The notes under the pieces are model-generated. The model was not told the DNA's origin. It made no database searches and saw only the letters and a list, made by a program, of their open reading frames with translations. Below, in pieces: positions 37,768 through 49,095 of a stretch of 64,000 nt of DNA. The stretch comes from Pristiophorus japonicus (lineage: Eukaryota): NCBI RefSeq assembly GCF_044704955.1, contig NC_091984.1, positions 146,940,001 through 147,004,000 of the forward strand, read 5' to 3'. Every line of letters starts with the position of its first letter. Position 1 is the stretch's first letter. The translations under genes were made by a program, and so were the position numbers.

Positions 37768-38980
37768 TGTCTTATAGGCTGATTATTTTTCAATCTACTC
37801 TGATTCTTAGAAATCGACTGAAGGCAATCCTGGCTGTATCTATTGTAGTTTTGTGGTCGTTGGTTCTGTGACTGGTTGGTTCTTCTTTTGGCCATTCTCT
37901 GCAGTGTTGTACCCTCCATGTACGTTCCGTACTACATGTCCTTCCGTCCATTCATCTGTTCATTCTTTTGACCTGTGTCCATCTGTACATGTGTCCTTCT
38001 ATTTCTCCTGTGTACTTCTTCTTCCGTCTGTTCCTGTCCTTCTTCCGTATTCTGCAGAGCTGCTTCTAGCTCGGGTTATGACTGATCTCCTGCCACTGCG
38101 GTTTCTGATAAAGTGCTTGCATCGATACATTGTTTTGTGGTTCCCTTGGTTGATTGACTGCAATAATGAACTCATCTGTTTTCCCATTTGCACACTGAAT
38201 CTGCAAGGCTCAAGTTGATTTCTCATCTTAACACTTCATCCCAAAAGATGTGCACCTAATGTGGTTCCTTTGTTGTCTGGTCTTTTTACAGACTTGGTGT
38301 CTTCAGTGAGCTTGGTTTTCCCCACCCTGGTCAATCAAGTTCAGGGCCTCATGTAACAACTCCATTCTTGTTATGCATGGAGTCAGTTTTGGTCGCTGAC
38401 CAAGAATGCCCTTAATTGTCCAGCTTCATTCCAAAAGCTTGTATTAATCGTTAGTTCATGGTCTCCATCTGTGCTTTTCTGAAGATTAGTAACCTTACAC
38501 TCCCTCCTTTAATGTTTCGCAAATATAAAACTAGAGTCATTACTTGTGGAGTTCTTTTTCCATGAGCTCTATTTGGATTTATTGGAGTCTCAGTCAAAAT
38601 CTCCAGATTACATTCCTGTTTTACATCAAAAAACAGTACTTTTTCCCGACAAACCAACACTTTTGCAACAAAAATGTTCGGCCTTGATCTGACTTCAGTT
38701 TTATATCCAAACACTTTGGCTTTGGTTCATCTAAACAACCCTTCAACATTCCCTTCCTTTGTATTCTGTTTTAACTTACAGAATAAGATAAATAGTTATA
38801 CCACTATAACCAACTATACAATGGCTAGTGCATGAGACATGATTAGAACCCAGGAGAGAATCTGAATATTGAATCCCAAATCCCATTTTGGAGGGGCCAT
38901 CATTTCCTCAATTTTGTCCCTTACTTTTTAATTTGTTTGGTCGAATGTGTAATAGTCTTTGTTGGATAGCTCAATGTCCT
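37768..38980 (-). mobile_element. Fragment D: F-like env C-terminus, PPT and LTR (37768-38499)
   Basis: Minus strand encodes KWDLGFNIQILSWVLIMSHALAIV*LVIVV*LFILFC; PPT AAAGGAGGGAG (38500-38510) then TGTAAGG; flanked by a TCTTTGT direct repeat. Confidence 0.7.
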
Positions 38981-39579
38981 TCTTTGTATCATCAGCAAAT
39001 TTGGCTACATTACACTCGGTCCCTTCATCTAAGTCATTAATGTAGATTGTAAATAATTGAGGCCCCAGCACCGATCCCTGCGGCACCCCATTAGTTACCA
39101 TTTGCCAACGGGAAAGTGAACCCTTTATCCTGACTCTCTGTTTTTTGTTAGTTAGCCAATCCTCTATCTATGCTAATATATTACCCCCAACCCCGTGAAC
39201 TTTTATCTTGTGCCTTTTATGTGGCACCTTATCGAATGCCTTCTGGAAATCCAAATACACCACATCCACTGATTCCCCTTTTTCCACCCTGCTCGTTACA
39301 TCCTCAAAGAATTCCAGCAAATTTGTCAAACATGATTTCCCTTTCATAAAACCATGCTGATTATGCTTGATTGAACTATGCTTTTCCAAATGTCCTGCTA
39401 CTGCTTCCTTAATAATGGACTCCAGCATTTTCCCAATGACAGATGTTATGCTAACTGGTCGAAAGATTCCTGCTTTCTGTCTGCCTCCTTTTTTAAATAG
39501 GGACGTTATATTTGCTGTGCGAGCTTTGGAGAGGGCGTTAAAAGGAGCGGTGACATCCAGAATACCAGATTTTCCTTCA

Positions 39580-40005
39580 ATTCAACAACAACTTGTATTT
39601 ATATAGCGCCTTTAACGTAGTGAAACGTCCCAAGGCACTTCCCAGGAGTATTATGAGATACAAAATTTGACACCGAGTCACATAAGAAGAAATTAGTGTA
39701 GGTGACCAAAAAGGTATGTTTTTAGGAGTGTCTTGAAGTTGGAAAGAGAGGTAGAGAGGCGGAGAGGTTTAGGGAGGGATTCCAGAGCTTGGGGTCTCGG
39801 CAACAGAAGGCACGGCCACCAATGGTTGAGCGATTATAATCAGGGATGCTCAGGAGGGCAGAATTGGAGGAGCGCAGACAGCTCGGGGGGAATTGTGGGG
39901 CTGGAGGAGATTACAGTGATAGGGAGGGGTGAGGTCTTGGAAGGATTTGAAAACAAGGATATGAATTTTTTAAAAAGAGGCATTGCTTAACCGGAAGCCG
40001 ATGTT
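39580..40005 (-). mobile_element. L2-like LINE 3' end
   Basis: (CAA)n-CTTGTATTTATATAGCGCCTTT terminus; a similar copy lies at ~55990-56195. Confidence 0.55.
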
Positions 40006-40212
40006 AGTCTCTACTTCCCCGCCTGCCTCCCCTCACCGAGCCATTCTCACCCCCCCCACCCCCACCTCCAGCCGCTCCCCTGCCTTTCTCCCTCACTCCC
40101 GCCCTCCTTACACCACATCCCTCCCCCCATCCCAACTCACCCCTCACTCCCTCCTGACCTCCCTACCTCACATGCCCCACCCCCTCCCATCCCCTCTGCC
40201 CCTCCCGAACCG

Positions 40213-42625
40213 GGGTAGGCCATTCGGTCCCTAGAGCCTGCTCCATCATTTAATGAGATCATGGCTGATCATCTACCTCAACTCAACTTTCCTGCACTCT
40301 CCCCATATCCCTTGATTCTCTTAATATCCAAAAATCTATCAATCTCCGTCTTGAATATACTCAAAGACTGAGCCTCCACAGCCCTCTGGGGCAGAGAATT
40401 ACAGAGATTCAACACCCTCTGAGTGAAGAGGTTTCTCCTCATCTCAGACCTAAATAGCCGACCTTATTCTGAGACTGTGACCCCTGGTTATAGACTCTCC
40501 AGCCAGAGGAAACATCCTCCCTGCATCTACCCTGTCAAGCCCTGTCAGAATCTGATATGTTTCAATGAGATCCCCCCTCACTGTTCTAAACTCTAGAGAG
40601 TATCGGCCTTGGAACTTGTGGAACCAAGGCGGATAGATGGAGTTCAGATACAGATGAGCCATGATCTGATTGAATGGGGGAACAGGCTCGAGGGGCTGAA
40701 TGGCCTCCTCCTGTTCAATGTGTCCAGCAGCAGCTGTGTGCCTCTCCGCAACCTCATCTTGACTTTTATCAGTCGCATCAGAGCCTTGATTCCCTCACCA
40801 GGGGGCTGGTGTTTCCAGATCAATGTCCAGCTGATCGATGCCATGAGTCAGACTCAGTGAGTGCTGTCAGCGGGTGGAAAGGCTGCTCTAACTGCAGCCT
40901 TGTTCTAATGCATTTGGAGAGGGGCAACAAGGCAAGGGAATACACAATAAATGGGAGGGTACTGAGAGGGGTGGAGGAACGGAGGGAGCTTGGAGTGCAT
41001 GTCCACAGATCCCTAAAGGTAGCAGGCCAGGTCGATAAGGTGGTTAAAAAGGCATTCGCAATACTTGCCTTTATTAGCCGAGGCATAGAATACAAGAGCA
41101 GGGAGGTTATGCTTGAACTGTATAAAACTAGTTAGGCCACAGCTAGAGTACTGCGTGCAGTTCTGGTCACCACATTACAGGAAAGATGTGATTACACGAG
41201 AGAGGGTACAGAGGAGATTCACGAGGATGTTACCGGGACTGGAGAATTTTAGCTATGAGGAAAGATTGGATCTGCTGGGGGTGTTCTCTCACCACATTTA
41301 AAAAGTACTTGGATGTGCACTTGAAGTGCTATAACCCACAGGGCTACGACCCAGAGCTGGAAAGTGGGATGAGGCTGGGTCGCTCTTCGTTGGCCGGTGC
41401 GGACATGATGGGCCGAAATGGCCTCCTTCCGTGCTGTAATTTTCTGTGATTCTATGATCGTGCTGGTGGTGTTGACCACTTTAAAAGACGCAGTATACAT
41501 TTTATTGAAGATATTTCCGTCCCCGGTTTCCCCGCTGCCAATAATTGGATCAATCAATGCTGTAGCGCCCCCTTGTGGTACATCTATATGGGCTCCACCC
41601 AAACCCCTGCTTTCAACCCTTGAACCCACATTGCCTACGCGAGCTGGAGCCCTGCTTCTTAATCACAGCATCTCCCAGCACAGAGGGAGGCCATTCAGCC
41701 CATCAAACCCATGCTGGCTCTTTGAAAGAGCTATGGACAACTGTGGCCTGGACTAATGATCCAGAGACACGAGTTCAAATCCCACCACGGCAGCTGGGGA
41801 ATTTAATTCAGTTAATTAAATAAATCTGGAATAAAAAGCTAGTGTCAGTAACGGTGACCACGAAACTGCAAGATTGTCATAAAAACCCATCTACCTGGCC
41901 TGCTACCTTCAGGGATCTGTGGACATGTATACCCAGGTCCCTTTGTTCCTCAAAAATCCTCAGTGTCCTACAATTTAATATGTATTGCCTTGCATTGTTA
42001 TCCTTCCCCAAAAGCATTACCTCAGACTTCTCTGGATTGAATCCCATTTGCCACTGTTCTGCCCACCTGACAATTTCATTGTTATCTTCAAGCAGTCTCC
42101 AGCTTTCTTCTTCATTATCAACAACACAGCCAATTTTAGAATCGTCTGCAAACTTCTTAATCATACCCCCTACATTCAAGTCTAAATCATTGATATATAC
42201 CACAAAAAGCAAAGGACCTAGTACTGAGCCCTGCAGAACCCCACTGGAAACAGCCTTCCAGTCACAAAAACACCCATCAACCATTACCCTTTGTTTCCTG
42301 CCTCTGAGCCAATTTTGAATCCAACTTACCACTTTGCCCTGGATCCAATGGGCTTTTACTTTCGTGACCAGTCTGCCATGTGAGACCTTATCAAATGTCT
42401 TGATAAAATCCATATACAGTACATCAAACGCGCTAACCTCATCGACCCTCCTTATTTCTTCCTCGATTAATTCAATTAAATTAGCCAGACATGATCTTCC
42501 CTCAACAAATCCATGCTGACTGTCCTTGATTAACCCATCTATCTAAATGAAGATTTATCCTGTCTCTCAGGACTTTTTCCAATAATTTTCCCACCACCGG
42601 GGTTAGGCTGACTGGCCTGCAATGT
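40213..42625. mobile_element. Mosaic of CR1 fragments (both strands) and a tRNA-derived SINE piece (~41740-41890), with short unique islands
   Basis: RT motifs in ORFs 41877-42413 (-) and 40910-41290 (+); B-box GAGTTCAAATCCC. Confidence 0.7.
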
Positions 42626-42740
42626 ACGTAGTTACATAGAAACATAGACATAGAAACATAGAAAATAGGTGCAGGAGTAGGCCATTCGGCACTTCTAGCC
42701 TGCACCGCCATTCAATGAGTTCATGGCTGAACATTCAACT

Positions 42741-45647
42741 TCAGTACCCCATTCCTGCTTTCTCGCCATACCCCTTGATCCCCCTAGTAGTAAGGACCTC
42801 ATCTAACTCCTTTTTGAATATATTTAGTGAATTGGCCTCAACAACTTTCTGTGGTAGAGAATTCCACAGGTTCACCACTCTCTGGGTGAAGAAGTTCCTC
42901 CGCATCTCGGTCCTAAATGGCTTACCCCTTATCCTTAGACTGTGACCTCTGGTTCTGGACTTCCCCAACATTGGGAACATTCTTCCTGCATCTAACCTGT
43001 CTAACCCCGTCAGAATTTTAAATGTTTCTATGAGGTCCCCTCTCATTCTTCTGAACTCCAGTGAATACAAGCCCAGTTGATCCAGTCTTTCTTGATAGGT
43101 CAGTCCCGCCATCCCGGGAATCAGTCTGGTGAACCTTCGCTGCACTCCCTCAATATCAAGAATGTCCTTCCTCAGGTTAGGAGACCAAAACTGTACACAA
43201 TACTCCAGGTGTGGCCTCACCAATGCCCTGTACAACTGTAGCAACACCTCCCTGCCCCTGTACTCAAATCCCCTTGCTATGAAGGCCAACATGCCATTTG
43301 CTTTCTTAACCGCCTGCTGCACCTGCATGCCAACCTTCAATGACTGATGTACCATGACACCCAGGTCTCTTTGCACATCCCCTTTTCCTAATCTGTCACC
43401 ATTCAGATAATAGTCTGTCTCTCTGTTTTTACCACCAAAGTGGATAACCTCACATTTATCCACATTATACTTCATCTGCCATGCATTTGCCCACTCACCT
43501 AACCTATCCAAGTCGCTCTGCAGCCTCACAGCATCCTCCTCGCAGCTCACACTGCCACCCAACTTAGTGTCATCCGCAAATTTGGAGATACTACATTTAA
43601 TCCCCTCATCTAAATCATTAATGTACAGTGTAAACAGCTGGGGCCCCAGCACAGAACCTTGCGGTACCCCACTAGTCACTGCCTGCCATTCTGAAAAGTA
43701 CCCATTTACTCCTACTCTTTGCTTCCTGTCTGACAACCAGTTCTCAATCCATGTCAGTACACTACCCCCAATCCCATGTGCTCTAACTTTGCACATCAAT
43801 CTCTTGTGTGGGACCTTGTCGAACGCCTTCTGAAAGTCCAAATATACCACATCAACTGGTTCTCCCTTATCCACTCTACTGGAAACATCCTCAAAAAATT
43901 CCAGAAGATTTGTCAAGCATGATTTCCCTTTCACAAATCCATGCTGACTTGGACCTATCATGTCACCTCTTTCCAAATGCACTGCTATGACATTCTTAAT
44001 AATTGATTCCATCATTTTACCCACTACCGATGTCAGGCTGACCGGTCTATAATTCCCTGTTTTCTCTCTCCCTCCTTTTTTAAAAAGTGGGGTTACATTG
44101 GCTACCCTCCACTCCATAGGAACTGATCCAGAGTCAATGGAATGTTGGAAAATGACTGTCAACGCATCCACTATTTCCAAGGCCACCTCCTTAAGTACTC
44201 TGGGATGCAGTCCATCAGGCCCTGGGGATTTATCGGCCTTCAATCCCATCAATTTCCCCAACACAATTTCCCGGCTAATAAGGATTTCCCTCAGTTCCTC
44301 CTCCTTACTAGACCCCCCGACCCCTTTTATAACCGGAAGGTTGTTCGTGTCCTCCTTCGTGAATACCGAACCAAAGTACTTGTTCAATTGGTCCGCCATT
44401 TCTTTGTTCCCCGTTATGACTTCCCCTGATTCTGACTGCAGGGGACCTACGTTTGTCTTTACTAACCTTTTTCTCTTTACATATCTATAGAAACTTTTGC
44501 AATCCGTCTTAATGTTCCCTGCAAGCTTCTTCTCATACTCCATTTTCCCTGCCCTAATCAAACCCTTTGTCCTCCTCTGCTGAGTTCTAAATTTCTCCCA
44601 GTCCCCAGGTTCGCTGCTATTTCTGGCCAATTTGTATGCCACTTCCTTGGCTTTGATACTATCCCTGATTTCCCTTGATAGCCACGGTTGAGCCACCTTC
44701 CCTTTTTTATTTCTATGCCAGACAGGAATATACAATTGTTGTAGTTCATCCATGCGGTCTCTAAATGTCTGCCATTGCCCATCCACAGTCAACCCCTTAA
44801 GTATCATTCGCCAATCCATCCCAGCCAATTCACGCCTCATACCTTCAAAGTTAGCCTTCTTTAAGTTCTGGACCATGGTCTCTGAATTAACTGTTTCATT
44901 CTCCATCCCAATGCAGAATTCCACCATATTATGGTCACTCTTCCCCAAGGGGCCTCGCACAACGAGATTGCTAATTAATCCTCTCTCATTACATAACACC
45001 CAGTCTAAGATGGCCTCCCCCCTAGTTGGTTCCTCGACATATTGGTCTAAAAAACCATCCCTTATGCACTCCAGAAAATCCTCCCCCACCGTATTGCTTC
45101 CAGTTTGGTTAGCCCAATCTATGTGCATATTAAAGTTACCCATTATAACTGCTGCACCTTTATTGCACGCACCCCTAATTTCCTGTTTGATGCCCTCCCC
45201 AACATCACTACTACTGTTTGGAGGTCTGTACACAACTCCCACTAACGTTTTTTGCCCTTTGGTGTTCTGCAGCTCTACCCATATAGATTCCACATCATCC
45301 AAGCTAATGTCCTTCCTAACTATTGCCTTAATCTCCTCCTTAACCAGCAATGCAACCCCACCTCCTTTTCCTTTTATTCTATCCTTCCTGAATGTTGAAT
45401 ACCCCTGGATGTTGAGTTCCCAGCCCTGCTCATCCTGGAGCCACGTCTCCGTAATCCCAATCACATCATATTTGTTAACATCTATTTGCACAGTTAATTC
45501 ATCCACCTTATTGCGGATACTCCTTGCATTAAGACACAAAGCCTTTAGGCTTGTTTTTTTAACACCCTCTGTCCTTTTAGAATTTTGCTGTACAATGGCC
45601 CTTTTTGTTCTTTGCCTTGGGTTTCTCTGCCCTCCACTTTTCCTCAT
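42741..45647 (-). CDS. CR1 ORF2: APE endonuclease and reverse transcriptase, 968 aa uninterrupted
   Basis: NARS, ITETW, YRPP, ILDWV, SDHN; [19 protein letters not shown]. The usual GDFN reads GNFN. Confidence 0.96.
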   Translation of the reverse strand: MRKSGGQRNPRQRTKRAIVQQNSKRTEGVKKTSLKALCLNARSIRNKVDELTVQIDVNKYDVIGITETWLQDEQGWELNIQGYSTFRKDRIKGKGGGVALLVKEEIKAIVRKDISLDDVESIWVELQNTKGQKTLVGVVYRPPNSSSDVGEGIKQEIRGACNKGAAVIMGNFNMHIDWANQTGSNTVGEDFLECIRDGFLDQYVEEPTRGEAILDWVLCNERGLISNLVVRGPLGKSDHNMVEFCIGMENETVNSETMVQNLKKANFEGMRRELAGMDWRMILKGLTVDGQWQTFRDRMDELQQLYIPVWHRNKKGKVAQPWLSREIRDSIKAKEVAYKLARNSSEPGDWEKFRTQQRRTKGLIRAGKMEYEKKLAGNIKTDCKSFYRYVKRKRLVKTNVGPLQSESGEVITGNKEMADQLNKYFGSVFTKEDTNNLPVIKGVGGSSKEEELREILISREIVLGKLMGLKADKSPGPDGLHPRVLKEVALEIVDALTVIFQHSIDSGSVPMEWRVANVTPLFKKGGREKTGNYRPVSLTSVVGKMMESIIKNVIAVHLERGDMIGPSQHGFVKGKSCLTNLLEFFEDVSSRVDKGEPVDVVYLDFQKAFDKVPHKRLMCKVRAHGIGGSVLTWIENWLSDRKQRVGVNGYFSEWQAVTSGVPQGSVLGPQLFTLYINDLDEGIKCSISKFADDTKLGGSVSCEEDAVRLQSDLDRLGEWANAWQMKYNVDKCEVIHFGGKNRETDYYLNGDRLGKGDVQRDLGVMVHQSLKVGMQVQQAVKKANGMLAFIARGFEYRGREVLLQLYRALVRPHLEYCVQFWSPNLRKDILDIEGVQRRFTRLIPGMAGLTYQERLDQLGLYSLEFRRMRGDLIETFKILTGLDRLDAGRMFPMLGKSRTRGHSLRIRGKPFRTEMRRNFFTQRVVNLWNSLPQKVVEANSLNIFKKELDEVLTTRGIKGYGEKAGMGY

Positions 45648-45724
45648 CTCCTTTCTGTCTTTTGTTTTTGCCTCCTTTTTGTTTCCCTCTATCTCCCTGC
45701 TTTGGTTCCCATCCCCCTGCCATA

Positions 45725-46672
45725 TTAGTTTAACTCCTCCCCAACAGCACTAGCAAACACTCCCCCGAGGACATTGGTTCCGATTCTGCCCAGGTGCAGA
45801 CCGTTCGGATTGTACTGGTCCCACCTCCCCCAGAACCGGTTCCAATGCCCCAGGAATTTGAATCCCTCCCTGCTGCACCATTGCTCAAGCCACGTATTCA
45901 TCTGAGCTATCCTGCGATTCCTACTCTGACTAGCACGTGGCACTGGTAGCAATCCCGAGATTACTACTTTTGAGGTCCTACTTTTTAATTTAGCTCCTAG
46001 CTCCTTAAATTCATTTCGTAGGAACTCATCCCTTTTTTTACCTATGTCATTGGTACCAACGTGCACCACGACAACTGGCTGTTCTCCCTCCCTTTTTAGA
46101 ATGTCCTGCACCCGCTCCGAGACATCCTTGACCCTTGCACCAGGGAGGCAACATACCATCCTGGAGTCTCGGTTGCGGCCGCAGAAACGCCTATCTATTC
46201 CCCTTACAATTGAATCCCCTATCACTATCGCTCGCCCACTCTTTTTCCTGCCCTCCTGTGCAACAGAGCCAGCCACGGTGCCATGAACTTGGCTGCTGCT
46301 GCCCACTCCTGATGAGTCATCCCCCTCAACAGCACTCAAAGCAGTGTATCTGTTTTGCAGTGGGATGACCACAGGGGATCCCTGCACTACCTTCCTTGCT
46401 CTACTCTTCCTGCTGGTCTTCCATTCCCTCGCTGGCTGTGGACCCTTCTCCTGCGGTAAGACCTACTCGCTACACGTGATACTCACGTCATTCTCAGCAT
46501 CGTGGATGCTCCAGAGTGAATCCACCTTCAGCTCCAACTCCGCAACGCGGACCGTCAGTTGCCGGAGGTGGACACACTTCCCGCACATGTAGTCGTCAGG
46601 GACACTGGTGTTGTCCCCGTGTTCCCACATGGTACAGGAGGAGCATATCACATGACCGAGCTGTCCTGCCAT
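45725..46672 (-). pseudogene. CR1 ORF1: zinc finger, leucine zipper and SGNH/GDSL esterase, one in-frame TAG
   Basis: CSSC...CGKC, LRQLTVRVAELELKV, IGDS, HVGTND, GLHL. ORFs 46463-46672 and 45725-46387 are in frame across TAG 46463-46465. Confidence 0.9.
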
Positions 46673-46854
46673 GACTTAACCCTTAGATACACTTAAATTG
46701 CCGACAACAATGTTAAAAGTTACTGACTAATAAAGAAAAAGAAAAACTACTCACCAATCAGCAGCCAATCACTTACCACGTTGGCTGTGACGTCACCTTT
46801 TGATTTCTTTCTACTTCTTTTTTGACTTCTCGCAGCTGGAGCTGCACCGGTACG

Positions 46855-47253
46855 CCTCTCTCAACTCCCGCCTCTCTCGACTCTCACTTCTCTCAACGCT
46901 CCCCGGACTGCTGAGCCTTTTATAGGCCGCTGCCTCTCTCGACCCCCGCCTCTCTCGACGCTCCCCGGACTGCTGAGCCTTTTATAGGCCGCTGCCTCTC
47001 TCGACTCCCGCCTCTCTCGACGCTCCCCGGACTGCTGAGCCTTTTATAGGCCGCTGCCTCTCTCGACTCCCGCCTCTCTCGACGCTCCCCGGACTGCTGA
47101 GCCTTTTTTAGGCCGCTGCCTCTCTCGACTCCCGCCTCTCTCGACGCTCCCCGGACTGCTGAGTCTTTTATAGGCCGCTGCCTCTCTCGACTCCCGCCTC
47201 TCTCGACGCTCCCTGGACTGCTGAGTCTTTTATAGGCCGCTGCCTCTCTCGAC
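46855..47253 (-). promoter_or_regulatory. 62-bp tandem monomer array with TATA boxes at the CR1 5' end
   Basis: About six monomers; TATAAAA on the minus strand at 62-bp spacing (one mutated). Confidence 0.75.
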
Positions 47254-48380
47254 TAGTTAATGTAACACCACTTTTTAAAAAGGGAGGGAGAGATGAAAAC
47301 GGGTAATTATAGACCAGTTAGACTGACTTCAGGAGTGGGGAAAATGTTGGAATCATTTATTAAGGATGAAATAACAGCGCATTTGGAAAGCATGGATCGG
47401 TCCAAGTCAGCATGGATTTATGAAGGGGAAATCATGCTTGACAAATCTTCTGGAATTTTTTTTAGGATGTAACTTTTAGAGTGGACAAGGGAGAACCAGT
47501 GGATCTGGTGTAATTGGACTTTCAAAAGGCTTTTGACAAGGTCCCACACAAGAGATTGTTGTGCAAAATCAAAGCACATGGTATTGGCGGTAATGTACTG
47601 ACGTGGATAGAGAACTGGTTGGCAGACAGGAAGCATAGAGTTGGGATAAATCCTTTTCAGAATGGCAGACAGTGACTAGTGGAGTGCCGCAGGGCTCAGT
47701 GCTGGGACCCCAGCTCTTTACAATATACATTAATGATTTAGATGAAGGTATTGAGTGCAATGGTGGCCTGAGGAGAGCGCCGCGATGATGCTCCAGCTCC
47801 TGTGGGGGTCGTTAGGGGATTGGAGTGCGGGGGGGAGGGTGGGTGGGAGATCGGGGGGGTGATCGGGGGCTGACCTTGTGTGGAACGGTGGGGACCAGGG
47901 CGATCGGGGGGTGTTCTCAGAGTGTCTCACCAATACCCTGTACAGATGTAGCAGGACTTCCCTGCTTTTATACTCCATCCCCCTTGCAACAATGGCCAAC
48001 ATTCTATTGACCTTCCTGATCACTTGCTGTACCTGCATACTAACTTTTTGTGTTTCATGCACAAGGACACCCAGGTCCCTCTGTACTGCAGCAGTTTCCA
48101 ATTTTTCTCCATTTAAAAAAAAAATTGCTTTTCTATTCTTTCTGCCAAAGTGGATAACCTCACATTTTCCCACATTATACTCCATCTGCCAACGCTTTTC
48201 CCACTCACTTCGCCTGTCTATATCCCTTTGTACATTTTCTCCTCCTCACAATTTGCTTTCCCATCCTTCGTCATAGGCAGTCCCTCGGAATCGAGGAAGA
48301 CTTGCTTCCACTCTTAAAATCAGTCCTTAGGTGGCTACAGTCCAATACGAGAACCATAGTCCCTGCCATGTGGGGAACTA
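47254..48380. mobile_element. CR1 RT fragments (+ 47254-47761; - ~47925-48265) and an RTE 3' end (- ~48270-48380)
   Basis: RT motifs; TCATAGGCAGTCCCTCG terminus. Confidence 0.7.
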
Positions 48381-48744
48381 GAGATGATTCTGCAAACCTG
48401 ACTGGAGGTTTGGTACAAACGGGTTTTACAAACCAATCAATTGAGTTTCACAGAAATTGTCAAAAAATGTGCTCTTTTCAGAACCAACATCGCCCCCTTT
48501 TGGTATGAAGACAGCACTGCCAATTTCCCTCACAATTTGACTGAGCTGCAATTTTCAATGTCTCCTTACGTGGCTCGCTGTCAATCTTTATTCTATAACG
48601 CTCCTGTGAAGCACTCGGGGAGTTTTACTGTGTTAAAGGTGCTGTATAAAAGTTGCTGTTGTTGTTTGTTCTGAGTTAGCTGTTCCAACTGAGGTCGGGA
48701 TATGACTCACAGCTCAGACTGTGTGGCATCCAGTGATGCAATGT

Positions 48745-49050
48745 TGTATCGTGAGTTCAAGCCCCACTCCAGGGACCTGAGTGCAAAATAAAGACATCCA
48801 CTACTGTGCAGTCCTGAGGGAGTGCTGCACTGTAAGCGGGGCAGTATTGAGTGAGTACTGCACTGTTGCAGGTGCAGTACTGAGGGCGTGCTGCACTGTT
48901 GGAGGGGCAGTACTGAGGGAGTGCCACACTGTTGCAGGTGCAGTACTGAGGGTGTGCCGCACTGTTGGAGGGGCAGTACTTAGGGAGTGCTGCACTGTCT
49001 GAGGGGGAGGACTGAGGGAGTGCCGCGCAGTGGGAGAGGTAATGCTGAGG
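48745..49050 (+). repeat. SINE head followed by a 33-bp tandem array
   Basis: GAGTTCAAGCCC B-box, then ~7 copies of GCAGTACTGAGGGAGTGCTGCACTGTTGGAGGG. Confidence 0.75.
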
Positions 49051-49095
49051 GGGTGTTTGTAGGTGGTTTTCTCAGGCGTACCGAAAACGCACCTC

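Larger units (their letters stand above)
29270..39515 (-). mobile_element. Older CR1 split by provirus C and fragment D
   Basis: CR1 sequence is continuous across 30065/37671 and across ~37770/38981. Confidence 0.8.
42635..47253 (-). mobile_element. Full-length CR1 LINE
   Basis: Intact ORF2, ORF1, 5' monomer array, (TTTCTATG)n tail, TSD TAGTTA at 42629-42634 and 47254-47259. Confidence 0.95.

Noticed and set aside
44752-45753. 333-aa + strand ORF and similar antisense ORFs over CR1
   Set aside because: Shadow frames of CR1 ORF2 with no independent motifs.
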